Shown here in pieces: positions 8,273 through 18,735 of a DNA stretch of 61,620 nt. Source of the stretch: a virus (Duplodnaviria > Caudoviricetes); IMG/VR virus record IMGVR_UViG_3300028559_000041, positions 1-61,620 of that record; one strand, given 5' to 3'. The notes below the pieces were generated by a model. The model ran no database searches, was not told the origin of the DNA, and was given only the letters and a program-made list of their open reading frames with translations. A program made the translations under genes and the position numbers. Positions within the stretch are counted from its first letter, which is position 1; each line of letters opens with the position of its first letter.

Positions 8273-11200
8273 TTATGAATTAATAAATCCACCGGCTGAA
8301 ATCGCTCCAGTTCTAAGTATTGTGATGTTATTCACGATTATACCCATACCCTTAATTGGTTCAACATAAGTATCAATTACACCTATTTGATTATCAATTA
8401 TCTCAGCCGTGTTATTCTCTTCATCAATCTTGTTGAAGTAATTGAATAGACCACTTTGTGCAACGTATTTTTCACAAATAACATCTGCCGCTAATTTTAT
8501 TGATGCTCTTATCTCAGGAGTATTGTAAGTCCACTGGAAGTCAAGTAACATTCTAGATAATTCTCTCTCAAGTTCAATCAATACTTCTCTAACGTGTATT
8601 AAAGAAAGTGCTGACTTAACAAGTACTTGAGCTGTGTTTTCAGTTTCAATTACGAAACCTCTATTTCTCTTGAATGTCAATGGATTCATTTGAGCTTGAT
8701 TTAAGTATTCAAGATCCGAAGGACTAAATATTTGTTCCAAGTCTAGGATACCAGTGATACGACCATTGTTAACACCAGCAGCGATTGTCCAAGGAGTAAT
8801 ACTAGTTGTAGTACTTGTATGTTTTCTCATAAAAGTTTGTCCTACATAAGCTGCTGGTGGAATCTCAATAATTCTACCAAAATCATCAACTTGTACATAT
8901 GGTAAGAAGTAACCAACAGTCGTAACACCCGCACCTTTACCAAAAGAGTATAGGAAAGAAGGATTACTTTCTGGATCACCACCCAAAGCAACATATTGCA
9001 TTTGAACATTACCACTAGAATCTTTAAATGATGGATTAACTGATGTTTTAAATTGTCTCAATGATGGCATATTTAATATACCAAATGCGTCCAATCTATC
9101 TCCACACAAATCAACTAAGTTTTGTTTAGAATCTGCTGTTAAACCAAGTCCAAAAGAGTCAATTAAATAACGGAAGTCAAATGCTTCTTTATTTGTCATT
9201 GCTTTATAAAGGTTTGTACCTTTTTTAACAACATCAAGTATTGTGTTTTGTCTAACATCAGTACCATCTGGCGCAGATGCTTCTCTAATTCTAAATCCTT
9301 TTAGTGATATAGCCTGGTAAGTACTTACCATATCATCAAGTTTAGTGAATCTAGTAGTTTGTTTATCACCGTTGATTGTCTTTACCTTAATTGATAAATC
9401 ACAAGATATTTCTACATAGTTAGAATCTACTGACCAAACCTTCTTACCTTGTATTCTAGCAAGTTTCTTTGGCATTTCATCTGCTCTAAGTAGAGTTTCA
9501 TCATAACTAGCCTCTAAATAATCACCAACTCTAATTTCACCATATCTTCCTCTTTTTATAAGGATAATATTTGGTTGTTCAACCCATCCAGATGGTGTTT
9601 CAATCTCAACAGTTTGTTTATAGTTACCCATTTGTGATTTTATGTAAAGAGTACCATTTGTTTTGATTCCCTCATTAGCAGAAATAGATCCTAGATATGC
9701 TTGTACTTCTAAAGAAGAATCTGTAAAGTTAACAACTAAATCTCCATTGTCTTTTGTATATCCTCTTAAATATAATGGTTTATCATTATAGTCAGAATCA
9801 TAACCATACACTTTAGCAATCTCAACTGTTTCATCAACAATTGTATTATTAACTTCAAATGCGTAGTAACTAAATGTTCCAGCTACATCTAAAGATTCAA
9901 CAGTACCATTACTATATTGGTTAAGCAAATAAGCTCTACCACCAGCTGACCCACTTGCATCAGCAGGAGTTGTAAGTAGATTAGACGGTACCAAACCTCT
10001 ATCATAGATAGTTGTAAATACACCCTTGTTTAAGGCTCCACCAATTAAGAATTGATAACCAATAACATCTGATGAAAACTCATCCTGTGCAGGAGATCCA
10101 ATTAAATCATTAATCTCAGTAAGGAAGGTATTGTTTTCAGATGCGTAATTTCCAGTCTCATCAACACGGAAAATAATATAGTTATATCCAGCAAGTGATG
10201 CAGTAACACCTTCTCCTTTTATAAACTGTACTTGAACGTTATCATAGATATTATTCTGGAAGAATACATCTTCTGTTGAAATATTACCCTGATCAAACTG
10301 AGTATAGAAAGTTGAATACTTACCAACAACACCCATAGATGATGTTAAACCAGTAACTAATCCAGGAAGTGTATTTTTAGTTTCAAAACCAGCATAGTCA
10401 ATCAAGAACTCATCATCAAGTTTGTAGAATACAAGTTCTCCCTCAGTTACAATAGGAGTGATATCAGCAGATGTTAATCCAGTTCTAACAACAAATGATT
10501 TATTAACTGTTGTTCCAGTTTTAATATCAGTGAACGTTACTTCTGATAAACTCTTTTTAGTAGTTGTCCCCTGTGGATCTAATAACATAAGTCCTTTATA
10601 AGTTGTTGCAGAATTAATATAAGTTAACATTGAATTAAACATTTTAAATATTCTGTACTGCTCATAATTTGTAACATCTGGTGTAGAGTTAGTATCTAAG
10701 AATGTAACAATAAAATCGCCTTCATTAAGTGTTATTTGTGCAGTTGATGCAGTTGAAAATGAATAATCAAAATTAAACTCCATCGGAATGTATGCATCTG
10801 GACCACTACCAACAGTACTATTTATAGTTACTTGAGTGTCACCCGGATTAGAATCAAAAAATCCAGCTGTTAAAGTAGCTTGACCGTAAGCTAAAACTAT
10901 ATCAGTAGCGGCAACTGTTGCCTGTGAAGCAGTAGCGGCTGATATTTTAGCGGTAATAGATCCATTTGAACTAAGTACAAAAGCATAATTGAAAGTTTCT
11001 TGACTTGCAAGATTTGGGAATGAGCTAGATTTTAATTCAACAGAATATGTACCAGATAAAGAAACATAATTTCCACCAATAATAGCATAACCATTATCAG
11101 AAGTTGAATCAACAGTATATGTTCTTATCCAACTTGCAGTACTACTAACAGTATCAAAACTAACTTCATAAAGGTCATTCACATATCCTTCTGCGAACCA

Positions 11201-12469
11201 GTAAGTTCTTTCAGCATTTGCGATGTATCCTAAACTGTCTCCAGATAAAACACCACCAACAGCACCTGATACTCCATCATTATAAGAGTGGTCAAAGTCA
11301 TTATCAATCAATGCTGAAGTACCAGCATTATATCCATCAAATAAAGCAACTACGTTACCTGGTCTATCTAAAACTCTGTTAGAGATAGCAACAGTTTCAG
11401 TAATTTGTTGTTTATAAGATAAGAAGTTAATTGAAATTTCACCATCAGCTGCACTATCATTAACATCTAATGATTGGTAATATGTTGCATCAAGAGATGG
11501 TGGATTAGAAAGTAGGTTATCACTAACCAAACTATTACCAATTAAGTCAAGAAGACCCTTAGGGTAATCAGTTTCAACTAAGTTGTTATTAAATGCACAG
11601 AATAATCCAGTTCTATCAGTATCTCTGTTAATAACTGTTTCAATAAAGATATTTCTACCATTTAAATCTCTAAAATAAGGAATCATTGATGTTCCTTCAT
11701 AATACGCTAATGTAGTAATATTTCTATCATTAGCAAAATTTCTAATTTCTGTCTTTTTAAGACCTGTAGATGAGAAATATCTCATCCATCTTGGATCTGT
11801 TGAAAGTTCTGAATAATTTGTCCAGTCTCCACCAACTACAATAACATCAACTAGATAGTCAGACGCCAAATCAGTAGGATAAACATAAGGAGGCAATTTC
11901 TCTATAGAACCATACCATTCTAGTAGAGCTCTATCGAATCCAGAAACCTGAGATTTAACAACAAATACACTTATGTATCTATCTCCAACATTTGTAAGAT
12001 TCAATACACGCTTAGCATAATCTGTATTTACTGTCGTAAGATCAACAAATGCCTCAGTATCTCTTTTCCAAAAACCAGTTGTGTCAAAAAACTTACGAAA
12101 TGAGTCAGCCCTTTCAATATCATTTTTATACTGTGATGTTGTAGATAAAGATTGATATTCAATTGTATCTAACTCATCGTCAGTTAATAAGAGGTTGACA
12201 GCATATACTGGACCAGCCTCTAACATTTTGGAAATTGTTCTGTGAAAATAAGAACCTTTTCTCTCTAGTTGTCTGTCTAAAGAACCAAAAATAGTCTCAA
12301 GTTCACTAAGATTTGTTAACAACACTGCTGAGTTAACTGGACCTTTTTTAGAAAAACCGATAATCAAGTTTGGCATAGGCCCCACAATAGGAGGACTTGT
12401 TATAATTGACTTATCAATTTCTTCTATGAAGATTCCTGGTCTTTTGTATTTACCGATTTGAATTGCCAT
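8273..12469 (-). CDS. tail sheath protein with large internal insertion
   Basis: N-terminal RPGIFIEEIDKS...GFSKKGPVN..L...ELETIFG; C-terminal IPPAAYV, AAGVNNG, LSLIHVREVLIELE, IDEENNTAEIIDNQ..VIDTYVEP. Confidence 0.9.
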   Translation of the reverse strand: MAIQIGKYKRPGIFIEEIDKSIITSPPIVGPMPNLIIGFSKKGPVNSAVLLTNLSELETIFGSLDRQLERKGSYFHRTISKMLEAGPVYAVNLLLTDDELDTIEYQSLSTTSQYKNDIERADSFRKFFDTTGFWKRDTEAFVDLTTVNTDYAKRVLNLTNVGDRYISVFVVKSQVSGFDRALLEWYGSIEKLPPYVYPTDLASDYLVDVIVVGGDWTNYSELSTDPRWMRYFSSTGLKKTEIRNFANDRNITTLAYYEGTSMIPYFRDLNGRNIFIETVINRDTDRTGLFCAFNNNLVETDYPKGLLDLIGNSLVSDNLLSNPPSLDATYYQSLDVNDSAADGEISINFLSYKQQITETVAISNRVLDRPGNVVALFDGYNAGTSALIDNDFDHSYNDGVSGAVGGVLSGDSLGYIANAERTYWFAEGYVNDLYEVSFDTVSSTASWIRTYTVDSTSDNGYAIIGGNYVSLSGTYSVELKSSSFPNLASQETFNYAFVLSSNGSITAKISAATASQATVAATDIVLAYGQATLTAGFFDSNPGDTQVTINSTVGSGPDAYIPMEFNFDYSFSTASTAQITLNEGDFIVTFLDTNSTPDVTNYEQYRIFKMFNSMLTYINSATTYKGLMLLDPQGTTTKKSLSEVTFTDIKTGTTVNKSFVVRTGLTSADITPIVTEGELVFYKLDDEFLIDYAGFETKNTLPGLVTGLTSSMGVVGKYSTFYTQFDQGNISTEDVFFQNNIYDNVQVQFIKGEGVTASLAGYNYIIFRVDETGNYASENNTFLTEINDLIGSPAQDEFSSDVIGYQFLIGGALNKGVFTTIYDRGLVPSNLLTTPADASGSAGGRAYLLNQYSNGTVESLDVAGTFSYYAFEVNNTIVDETVEIAKVYGYDSDYNDKPLYLRGYTKDNGDLVVNFTDSSLEVQAYLGSISANEGIKTNGTLYIKSQMGNYKQTVEIETPSGWVEQPNIILIKRGRYGEIRVGDYLEASYDETLLRADEMPKKLARIQGKKVWSVDSNYVEISCDLSIKVKTINGDKQTTRFTKLDDMVSTYQAISLKGFRIREASAPDGTDVRQNTILDVVKKGTNLYKAMTNKEAFDFRYLIDSFGLGLTADSKQNLVDLCGDRLDAFGILNMPSLRQFKTSVNPSFKDSSGNVQMQYVALGGDPESNPSFLYSFGKGAGVTTVGYFLPYVQVDDFGRIIEIPPAAYVGQTFMRKHTSTTTSITPWTIAAGVNNGRITGILDLEQIFSPSDLEYLNQAQMNPLTFKRNRGFVIETENTAQVLVKSALSLIHVREVLIELERELSRMLLDFQWTYNTPEIRASIKLAADVICEKYVAQSGLFNYFNKIDEENNTAEIIDNQIGVIDTYVEPIKGMGIIVNNITILRTGAISAGGFINS

Positions 12470-12542
12470 ATTAGTTATTTTTTTTTTATTTTTATAGATT
12501 ATATATTAATAGAAAAAAGTCATTTTTTTCTATTTTCTATTT

Positions 12543-13151
12543 CTATTTGGTTAAATTTTGTATTCTTTTTTCTTCCTCTTTCATTTGAGTTTCAAAATCT
12601 CTTTTTCTTTTGTCATAATTGGTTTGATCAAGATTCAACTCCTTCATATTTTTATTAATATTAAAATCAATCTTCTTTAAATAGTCTTGATTTTTCTTAA
12701 TTTTATCTAAAATATCGGTCTTATCTTCTGTATTAGTCACTTCTAATAGGTCATCTTTGAGATTATATATATTCTGTTGTATATCTATTTTACGAGACTT
12801 ATCATCAGAAATACTTTTCTTTGTTTTTCTAACTCTTCTAGTTAGTCTTAATATATTCTCATATTCTTGAATATATCTATTTCTTCCTTGGTCTTGTTTA
12901 TTGTTCTTATAAACTGAATCCATGAGTTCCTTTCTTAAATCAACGTCATTAAGATTCTTCTTAAAAATATCATCTACCATCTGTCGTTTTTGTCTAAAAT
13001 CTTGAAGTGATTTTTGAATTTTTGACAATGTATCTTTATGTGTCTGTGCTGTTGCTTTATCAAGATCCGGATTAGGTTCAACCGGTGATATATCATCACT
13101 TGTTATCTCTTCTTCTGCCTCAAAAACTCTCCATTCCTTTATAAACTTCAT
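12543..13151 (-). CDS. coiled-coil protein, tagged N-terminus (MKFIKEWRVFEA)
   Basis: 202-aa ORF; TAATATATAC immediately upstream. Confidence 0.7.
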   Translation of the reverse strand: MKFIKEWRVFEAEEEITSDDISPVEPNPDLDKATAQTHKDTLSKIQKSLQDFRQKRQMVDDIFKKNLNDVDLRKELMDSVYKNNKQDQGRNRYIQEYENILRLTRRVRKTKKSISDDKSRKIDIQQNIYNLKDDLLEVTNTEDKTDILDKIKKNQDYLKKIDFNINKNMKELNLDQTNYDKRKRDFETQMKEEEKRIQNLTK

Positions 13152-13185
13152 ACCGTATATATTAAAAAATTTATAAAAATTAAAT

Positions 13186-13587
13186 CTATTTAAAGAATTT
13201 AGAGATTTTATCTACTTTAAACTTACTCTTTCTTTCATATTCATCTAGAAGATACCAAAGATTTCTACAAGTTCCGGAATATACATCATATGTAACATTA
13301 TTAACAACCAACTTCCAAGTAGGTTTTTTAATAACTTCAATTACAAAGATTTCCCCATCTATTTTAAGAGAAATAGTCATTTTGAAATCTCCATAGTCTG
13401 CTAAATTATATCTATTTATCTTACCTATCATTTCAACTTTAGGATCTGAATCTCCCTTTAGAAATTTCTCAACTTTTGCGACAATATCCTTGCCTAATTC
13501 TTTATGCTCAGGACCCATAAAAAGTCTTTTGAGTCCTCTTGTAAGATCGCTCTCAGAAATAAAACTACTATATCGTTGTATCTTCAT
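13186..13587 (-). CDS. hypothetical protein, tagged N-terminus (MKIQRYSSFISES)
   Basis: 133-aa ORF, TAATG-coupled to the upstream gene. Confidence 0.7.
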   Translation of the reverse strand: MKIQRYSSFISESDLTRGLKRLFMGPEHKELGKDIVAKVEKFLKGDSDPKVEMIGKINRYNLADYGDFKMTISLKIDGEIFVIEVIKKPTWKLVVNNVTYDVYSGTCRNLWYLLDEYERKSKFKVDKISKFFK

Positions 13588-16364
13588 TACAATCTACTAT
13601 TTTTTAGTATAATTACAGCATTTGGTAATTTTGAATTTAAAGGCTCAAATTTACCTCTTAATACAGGTTTAAAATCTTTATAGGGTTTATTCTCATCTGG
13701 ATTTTCACCAGCACTCATCAAAACTTCTATACTTTTAACAGGATATTCAATTTTTTTAGCAGGATTATTTTGATTTCCAGCATCCTCCAATGATATATAG
13801 TTGATATTACATTTATCATTAACTTTTAATTTACCGACTATCCTTCCATAATTAACAGTGGATGTTGGTGTCTTATTACCATCAGGCAATAGAACTTTAG
13901 CCATATCAAAAGCATATCCTATTCGAGAGAAAAACATATTACCCATTTTTTTATCAGCAATAAACTCATGAACACATGCATAATAAGTAACCTCTTTATT
14001 ATCCTTATCAATAACCTTAAATCTAAAAGATAATCCCTTAGTCTCCTCTTTATCTCTCTTAATAATTTCGAATAGGTCTTCTCCTTTTAATCCTGATGCA
14101 CTTAATTTAACCCATTTAGTTTTGACTTGCTTTATTCCATCAGCTATTGGAGCAATCTCATTTAGGTCAATAAAACCCTGTGTTTCAGGCTTGTCTGATT
14201 TAGGAGCTAATCCAAAGTATTCCTCATAGAATTTATACATCGCACTTCCTTTATCACCACCATAAGAACCACTACCACCAGAATACATACTGTTATCATC
14301 ATTTAACTTATTAATAAATCTTAATAACATTTTACCTGGTGCTTTAACCGTATCACCAGCTTTAACTTTACCACCTTCAGTATTTTGAAAGGAAAGTGTT
14401 GTATTTTCTGAGAAAATAGGTTTATATTTGGTATCGGCTAAAATTGAATCAACTCCTTCTTTCCATTTATCAAATATTTTAATATTTCTATATGGCCCTC
14501 CTCCTGGTTGAGTAGGACTTCCACCAGATCCTGATCCCATATATTCATATTCATTATAAACGGATACTGATACTTTACCATCAGTTCTTCCTGAAGGAAT
14601 AGCACCCGGTGTGTGTAGTCTATAAGCTCGACTAAACAGTCGAATAATACTCATTATTGGATCAGCAGCATTTTGTATAAGTATTTTACCACCTGGTCGT
14701 TCTTTTGTCTTTTTAAGTTCTTCAATCTCCTCATCTGTAAAAGATATTTTTTCTTGTATCTCCGCTGTAAAAAATTCTTCAAATTTAGTTTTTATTTCTT
14801 CTGAATTGTTATTTTTCTCAAGTAGTGAGTTCACAAAAGATCCATATCTAAAAATAAATGAGTCGTTTTGTTTTTCTGGCTCTTTTTCTTCTTTTTCTTT
14901 GGATGAGTCAAGATTTTTCTCTGTACTAGTCGTTTCGGTTGGTTTCTTTTTTTTAACTGGATTACTACCTATAGAACCCATAACTTCCTTCATTGTTTTA
15001 TTAAATTCTTCAAGTGGTCGTCCTAAATCGCCCATTCCACCATATAAATTCTCTCCCTCAAATTGGAATGCTCTTTTACAAAATCTTGCAATTTTTTCAG
15101 CAACAACTACAATTTTCTTATCATCAGATAAAATCTCAATACTTTCTTTATAAAGAGCATCTCTTTCTTGTATAGTTAATTTTTTATCACCATCAAGATA
15201 TCTTTTTATTTCACGATAAAGTTTATAAATAGTTTCTTTGTTTTTAGAATCTAAAGCCGATTTAGTAATATTATTAATGAAAACACTATCAACACCAATA
15301 CCCTTTTCTTTAGAAGATATAAGAACATCTATGTCTTTCTTTAACTTAGAAAATGCTTGTTCAAGGTGTGATTCACCGGACTTCACCTCACCTTTCGCAC
15401 CACCAGATTTTATCACACCTCTATTTTCTCCACCACCAACACCAAGTGTTGCCTCACTTAAAAAAAGACTTTCATTAACTTCAACCAACTTACCTTTTTC
15501 AGTTTTATAGGAACCTAAACTTATTTTTAATCCTGCCTTAAGTGACATATTATCTTTATTACCTTTTGGTGCTATTTTAGGATCTTTATTAAAAGATTCT
15601 TGTTGGTCTTTTAGAGGCTTTGGATTTTTAGCCCAAATTTTAGCAGAATCCCATTTTAATTTATTTTCAGGACTGGCTACGATCTTAGCAACCGTATCAT
15701 TTGCTTTAGTAATATAGACTATTTTATCTATAGCTTCCGTATTAACTGAAACTCCACGACCTGAATTTCCACCATTAGTCTTATATTGACTTAGTAATGA
15801 TCCAAGTGATTTCAAATTTTTAATCATCAACGGATATAAATTTTTCCCGTCTCCTTCTTCACCGCCTTCACCTTCTCCTTCACCCTCGCCTTCACCTTCT
15901 CCTTCACCCTCGCCTTCACCCTCACCTTCTTCCTCAGAATCTTCTAATTCTTCCAAGAATTCAATGAATGAATCAATAGCTTCTAAAATATTATCTTTGT
16001 CCTCTAGTTCAGATATTGAATCTACTTCCTCTCTTAACCTTTTAGTAGTATTTAATATAGTAGATACTTCCTCTTCGTCCTCTACTTGTTTTTTTAGAGT
16101 AGAGAAAAAAGTCCATAGTTTCAACTTCACTATTCTAGATTGATCTATATCAGCTTTTCCCTCTTCAATTAGTCTATCGAACTCTGTTCTAAGACCACTA
16201 ATCACCTTATCTATTCTTTTAGCTTTGATAGCTATTCCTGCCTTTCTAGCAATTGAATTTATAAGTCTACCAATAAGTGAATCTCCCCAAGGGATATCAT
16301 TAGTAATTGCTTCGTTTGTAATATTTTTTTTCAGAAATTGATCTCTGCGTAATATTTTGCTCAT
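13587..16364 (-). CDS. large putative virion/internal protein with EG repeat and LysM-like segment
   Basis: The ATG at 16364 follows a TTTATATATAAC motif. Contains an (EG)n tract and YITKANDTVAKIV...NP...LKAGLKISL, which resembles LysM. Confidence 0.55.
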   Translation of the reverse strand: MSKILRRDQFLKKNITNEAITNDIPWGDSLIGRLINSIARKAGIAIKAKRIDKVISGLRTEFDRLIEEGKADIDQSRIVKLKLWTFFSTLKKQVEDEEEVSTILNTTKRLREEVDSISELEDKDNILEAIDSFIEFLEELEDSEEEGEGEGEGEGEGEGEGEGEGEGGEEGDGKNLYPLMIKNLKSLGSLLSQYKTNGGNSGRGVSVNTEAIDKIVYITKANDTVAKIVASPENKLKWDSAKIWAKNPKPLKDQQESFNKDPKIAPKGNKDNMSLKAGLKISLGSYKTEKGKLVEVNESLFLSEATLGVGGGENRGVIKSGGAKGEVKSGESHLEQAFSKLKKDIDVLISSKEKGIGVDSVFINNITKSALDSKNKETIYKLYREIKRYLDGDKKLTIQERDALYKESIEILSDDKKIVVVAEKIARFCKRAFQFEGENLYGGMGDLGRPLEEFNKTMKEVMGSIGSNPVKKKKPTETTSTEKNLDSSKEKEEKEPEKQNDSFIFRYGSFVNSLLEKNNNSEEIKTKFEEFFTAEIQEKISFTDEEIEELKKTKERPGGKILIQNAADPIMSIIRLFSRAYRLHTPGAIPSGRTDGKVSVSVYNEYEYMGSGSGGSPTQPGGGPYRNIKIFDKWKEGVDSILADTKYKPIFSENTTLSFQNTEGGKVKAGDTVKAPGKMLLRFINKLNDDNSMYSGGSGSYGGDKGSAMYKFYEEYFGLAPKSDKPETQGFIDLNEIAPIADGIKQVKTKWVKLSASGLKGEDLFEIIKRDKEETKGLSFRFKVIDKDNKEVTYYACVHEFIADKKMGNMFFSRIGYAFDMAKVLLPDGNKTPTSTVNYGRIVGKLKVNDKCNINYISLEDAGNQNNPAKKIEYPVKSIEVLMSAGENPDENKPYKDFKPVLRGKFEPLNSKLPNAVIILKNSRL
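15852..15932 (-). repeat. in-frame 6-nt-unit repeat encoding (EG)n
   Basis: CCTTCA/CCTTCT/CCCTCG units on the + strand. Confidence 0.85.
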
Positions 16365-16411
16365 AAAAAACTTTAGTTTTGTTATATATAAAAAAAAATA
16401 TTTCACATTTT

Positions 16412-16442
16412 TTTGTTTTTTAAAATTTAATTGTTATATTTG
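16412..16442 (+). promoter_or_regulatory. Bacteroidota-type housekeeping promoter TTTG-N19-TATATTTG
   Basis: TTTG at 16412-16415 and TATATTTG at 16435-16442, 22 nt upstream of the ATG at 16465. Confidence 0.7.
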
Positions 16443-16464
16443 TATAACAAAATACGATAGACAT

Positions 16465-16965
16465 ATGGAAAATCTAAACTGGAATGAAATTGTTTGTATT
16501 GATCTTCGCTCATACAATGACGAATCATTAGCAATGATAGAAGAATTTTTTGGCATTGGTAACTCTGTATTCATCAAGAATAAAAAAATAGGAATAAATA
16601 AAATTTACTTCATTCCGAATGGTGGAGAAGCAATTGCTTATGAAGCAAAAAAAGGATATGAAAGTAAAATCGATGGTGATTGGTACAAAGGAGTATCAAC
16701 AACTATTCCTCTTTCTAGAAGAGAACTAAAAAAATTATCTGAAATTAAACCATTAGATTTCTATAAGATGCGCAAAGAGCTAAATAAAATTGCTAAGAGT
16801 GTAGAAAATTCTGAATCAGTTCCAGAAGTTGAGGTTCAAGACGAAGTTAAGGTTAAAACCAAAGTTGAAGAAGTTCTCGAATTAGATCCTATTTTGGAAA
16901 AAATCTCAAAATTTGGTGTTAATTCACTAACAAAAAGAGAAAAAGATTTTCTTGATAATTTATAA
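16465..16965 (+). CDS. hypothetical protein with C-terminal LDxILEKIS..G..SLT..EK.FL helical module (DUF6576-like)
   Basis: C-terminal motif; the start is reassigned to the ATG at 16465, downstream of the promoter. Confidence 0.6.
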   Translation: MENLNWNEIVCIDLRSYNDESLAMIEEFFGIGNSVFIKNKKIGINKIYFIPNGGEAIAYEAKKGYESKIDGDWYKGVSTTIPLSRRELKKLSEIKPLDFYKMRKELNKIAKSVENSESVPEVEVQDEVKVKTKVEEVLELDPILEKISKFGVNSLTKREKDFLDNL

Positions 16966-16969
16966 AAAT

Positions 16970-16997
16970 AAACCGAAGATAAGTCTTCGGTTTTTTT
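16970..16997 (+). terminator. intrinsic terminator
   Basis: AACCGAAGAT-AA-GTCTTCGGTT followed by a T run. Confidence 0.8.
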
Positions 16998-17067
16998 ATT
17001 AAAAACCTATTTTACTTTTTTACCATAAAAATTCATGAATATATAAATCAAGATTGAATATTTTTTT

Positions 17068-17358
17068 ATGAGATACAAAGAGTTAAAAATTGATGGGAAA
17101 GTATTAACATCACAAAGCAAAATTGACTCTGCTTTAGAATCAAATGGATTTTATTGGGTAGTTGATTCAGAGATTGAGAACGCGGTTCTCGAAATAACCA
17201 AAAACACACTTATTTGGCATAATGGAACATTTTACAATGGAAAGTGGCATTATGGAATTTTTAAAGATGGTATTTTTAATGGAGTTTGGATTAATGGAAT
17301 TTTTGAAAATGGAATATTTAGAGGCAAATGGGAAAGCGGAATTAGAAGTAATCAATAA
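17068..17358 (+). CDS. hypothetical protein with 5-aa (W/F)xNG repeats
   Basis: WHNGTFYNGKWHYGIFKDGIFNGVWINGIFENGIF. Confidence 0.7.
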   Translation: MRYKELKIDGKVLTSQSKIDSALESNGFYWVVDSEIENAVLEITKNTLIWHNGTFYNGKWHYGIFKDGIFNGVWINGIFENGIFRGKWESGIRSNQ

Positions 17359-17383
17359 TTGATATAAAAATTAATTTTTTTTT

Positions 17384-17836
17384 ATGAAAAAGAAGAGAGT
17401 AGCTGAGATGATTGAATACAATGTATGGTTTGATCAATTAGTTAAGATAGGACATAACAAAGAGGAATATTTCTTTGAAATTGGATCAAAAACTACAAAT
17501 GACTTAGCTGAAGGAGTAGTATTACTTATGAAATCTAAAAAATATGATGAAAATGATCAGTTTTGGAAAATAGAAGTAAGCGATATAAACTATTATAATA
17601 TTTCTCCAGATAAATCACTTTACTGGTTATCAGGCGGTGATTACGAATGGAGAGAAATGAATAACTATAAAAAAACTTGGTTCGAGGCTTCACTTATGTT
17701 TCAAGAAGAATTTGGAATAAAAATAATAAACATATTAAAGAAATCTAAAACTTTAAATGATATAAGGATTGAATTTATAAAACATCTGAATTTAATGACT
17801 CTATATGAATTTGCTTTAGAAAATGAAATAGCTTAA
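17384..17836 (+). CDS. hypothetical protein
   Basis: 150-aa ORF. Confidence 0.7.
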   Translation: MKKKRVAEMIEYNVWFDQLVKIGHNKEEYFFEIGSKTTNDLAEGVVLLMKSKKYDENDQFWKIEVSDINYYNISPDKSLYWLSGGDYEWREMNNYKKTWFEASLMFQEEFGIKIINILKKSKTLNDIRIEFIKHLNLMTLYEFALENEIA

Positions 17837-17842
17837 AAAAAT

Positions 17843-17875
17843 AAAACCCATCTATTTAATCAGATGGGTTTTTTT
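17843..17875 (+). terminator. intrinsic terminator
   Basis: AAAACCCATCT...AGATGGGTTTTTTT. Confidence 0.75.
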
Positions 17876-17887
17876 ATATATACACAT

Positions 17888-18733
17888 ATGAACGCACATT
17901 TCATTGATATAGATATCGTACTAAATACTGACTCAAAACCTTGGATAATAGATAAGTCTAATCCAAATATACCAATAATGAAAATGGAAACTTCTGATTT
18001 TGACCTTTTCAAGTCTGGTATTTTAAGATCTCAGAATAATAAAATTAGTTTCAACGGTAAAGACTTCTGGTTATCTAATGATTTTATGAATAAATTAAAA
18101 ATAAAATCCAAAAGAAATAAATTTGATATTTCTAATTTAGGAATATCTATGCAAGAGTTTCTTAATCCAGATGTGACTGAAAATATAAAATTTGATGTAG
18201 ACATATCGTTATTTAGACCGATTATCAATACAAATGATGATATCTATATTATCTGTTCTAAAAACAAAAAATCTAATTTTGAAAAACAAATATCAAAACT
18301 AGAAGAGAAATTAGAAGAAATAGGATTAAAAGTTAAAAAATATTACTATATCTCTGAAACATTCTATAATAAAGATGAAGATAGAATTGCTTATCTAAAA
18401 TCTAAATTACTTATACAACACTTATTAGGATTAAAGACAGATGGTGATATATTCACAAATGAAGAGATTGATAACTACAATCAAATCACATTCTATGATG
18501 ATGATTTGAAGTCTATACAAATGTGTAGATATATTAACTCAGTTTTAGAAAAATTACTTCTAAAAACAGACAATAATATTAAAATTATAGTAAAAGATAA
18601 GATAAAAAATGATGATAATTTTCTTCTAATAAAAGAATATACTCACAATAAGTCGTTTAAATTTAAAGAATATAATGCTCAGTTAGAATATTCCAATATA
18701 ATTAAGAGCTTTGAAGGATTTAAAAATAAATAG
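17888..18733 (+). CDS. degenerate HAD-fold-like protein
   Basis: N-terminal HFIDID..L and later FYDDD resemble HAD motifs I and IV. Start placed at ATG 17888, after the TATATA motif. Confidence 0.4.
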   Translation: MNAHFIDIDIVLNTDSKPWIIDKSNPNIPIMKMETSDFDLFKSGILRSQNNKISFNGKDFWLSNDFMNKLKIKSKRNKFDISNLGISMQEFLNPDVTENIKFDVDISLFRPIINTNDDIYIICSKNKKSNFEKQISKLEEKLEEIGLKVKKYYYISETFYNKDEDRIAYLKSKLLIQHLLGLKTDGDIFTNEEIDNYNQITFYDDDLKSIQMCRYINSVLEKLLLKTDNNIKIIVKDKIKNDDNFLLIKEYTHNKSFKFKEYNAQLEYSNIIKSFEGFKNK

Positions 18734-18735
18734 TA

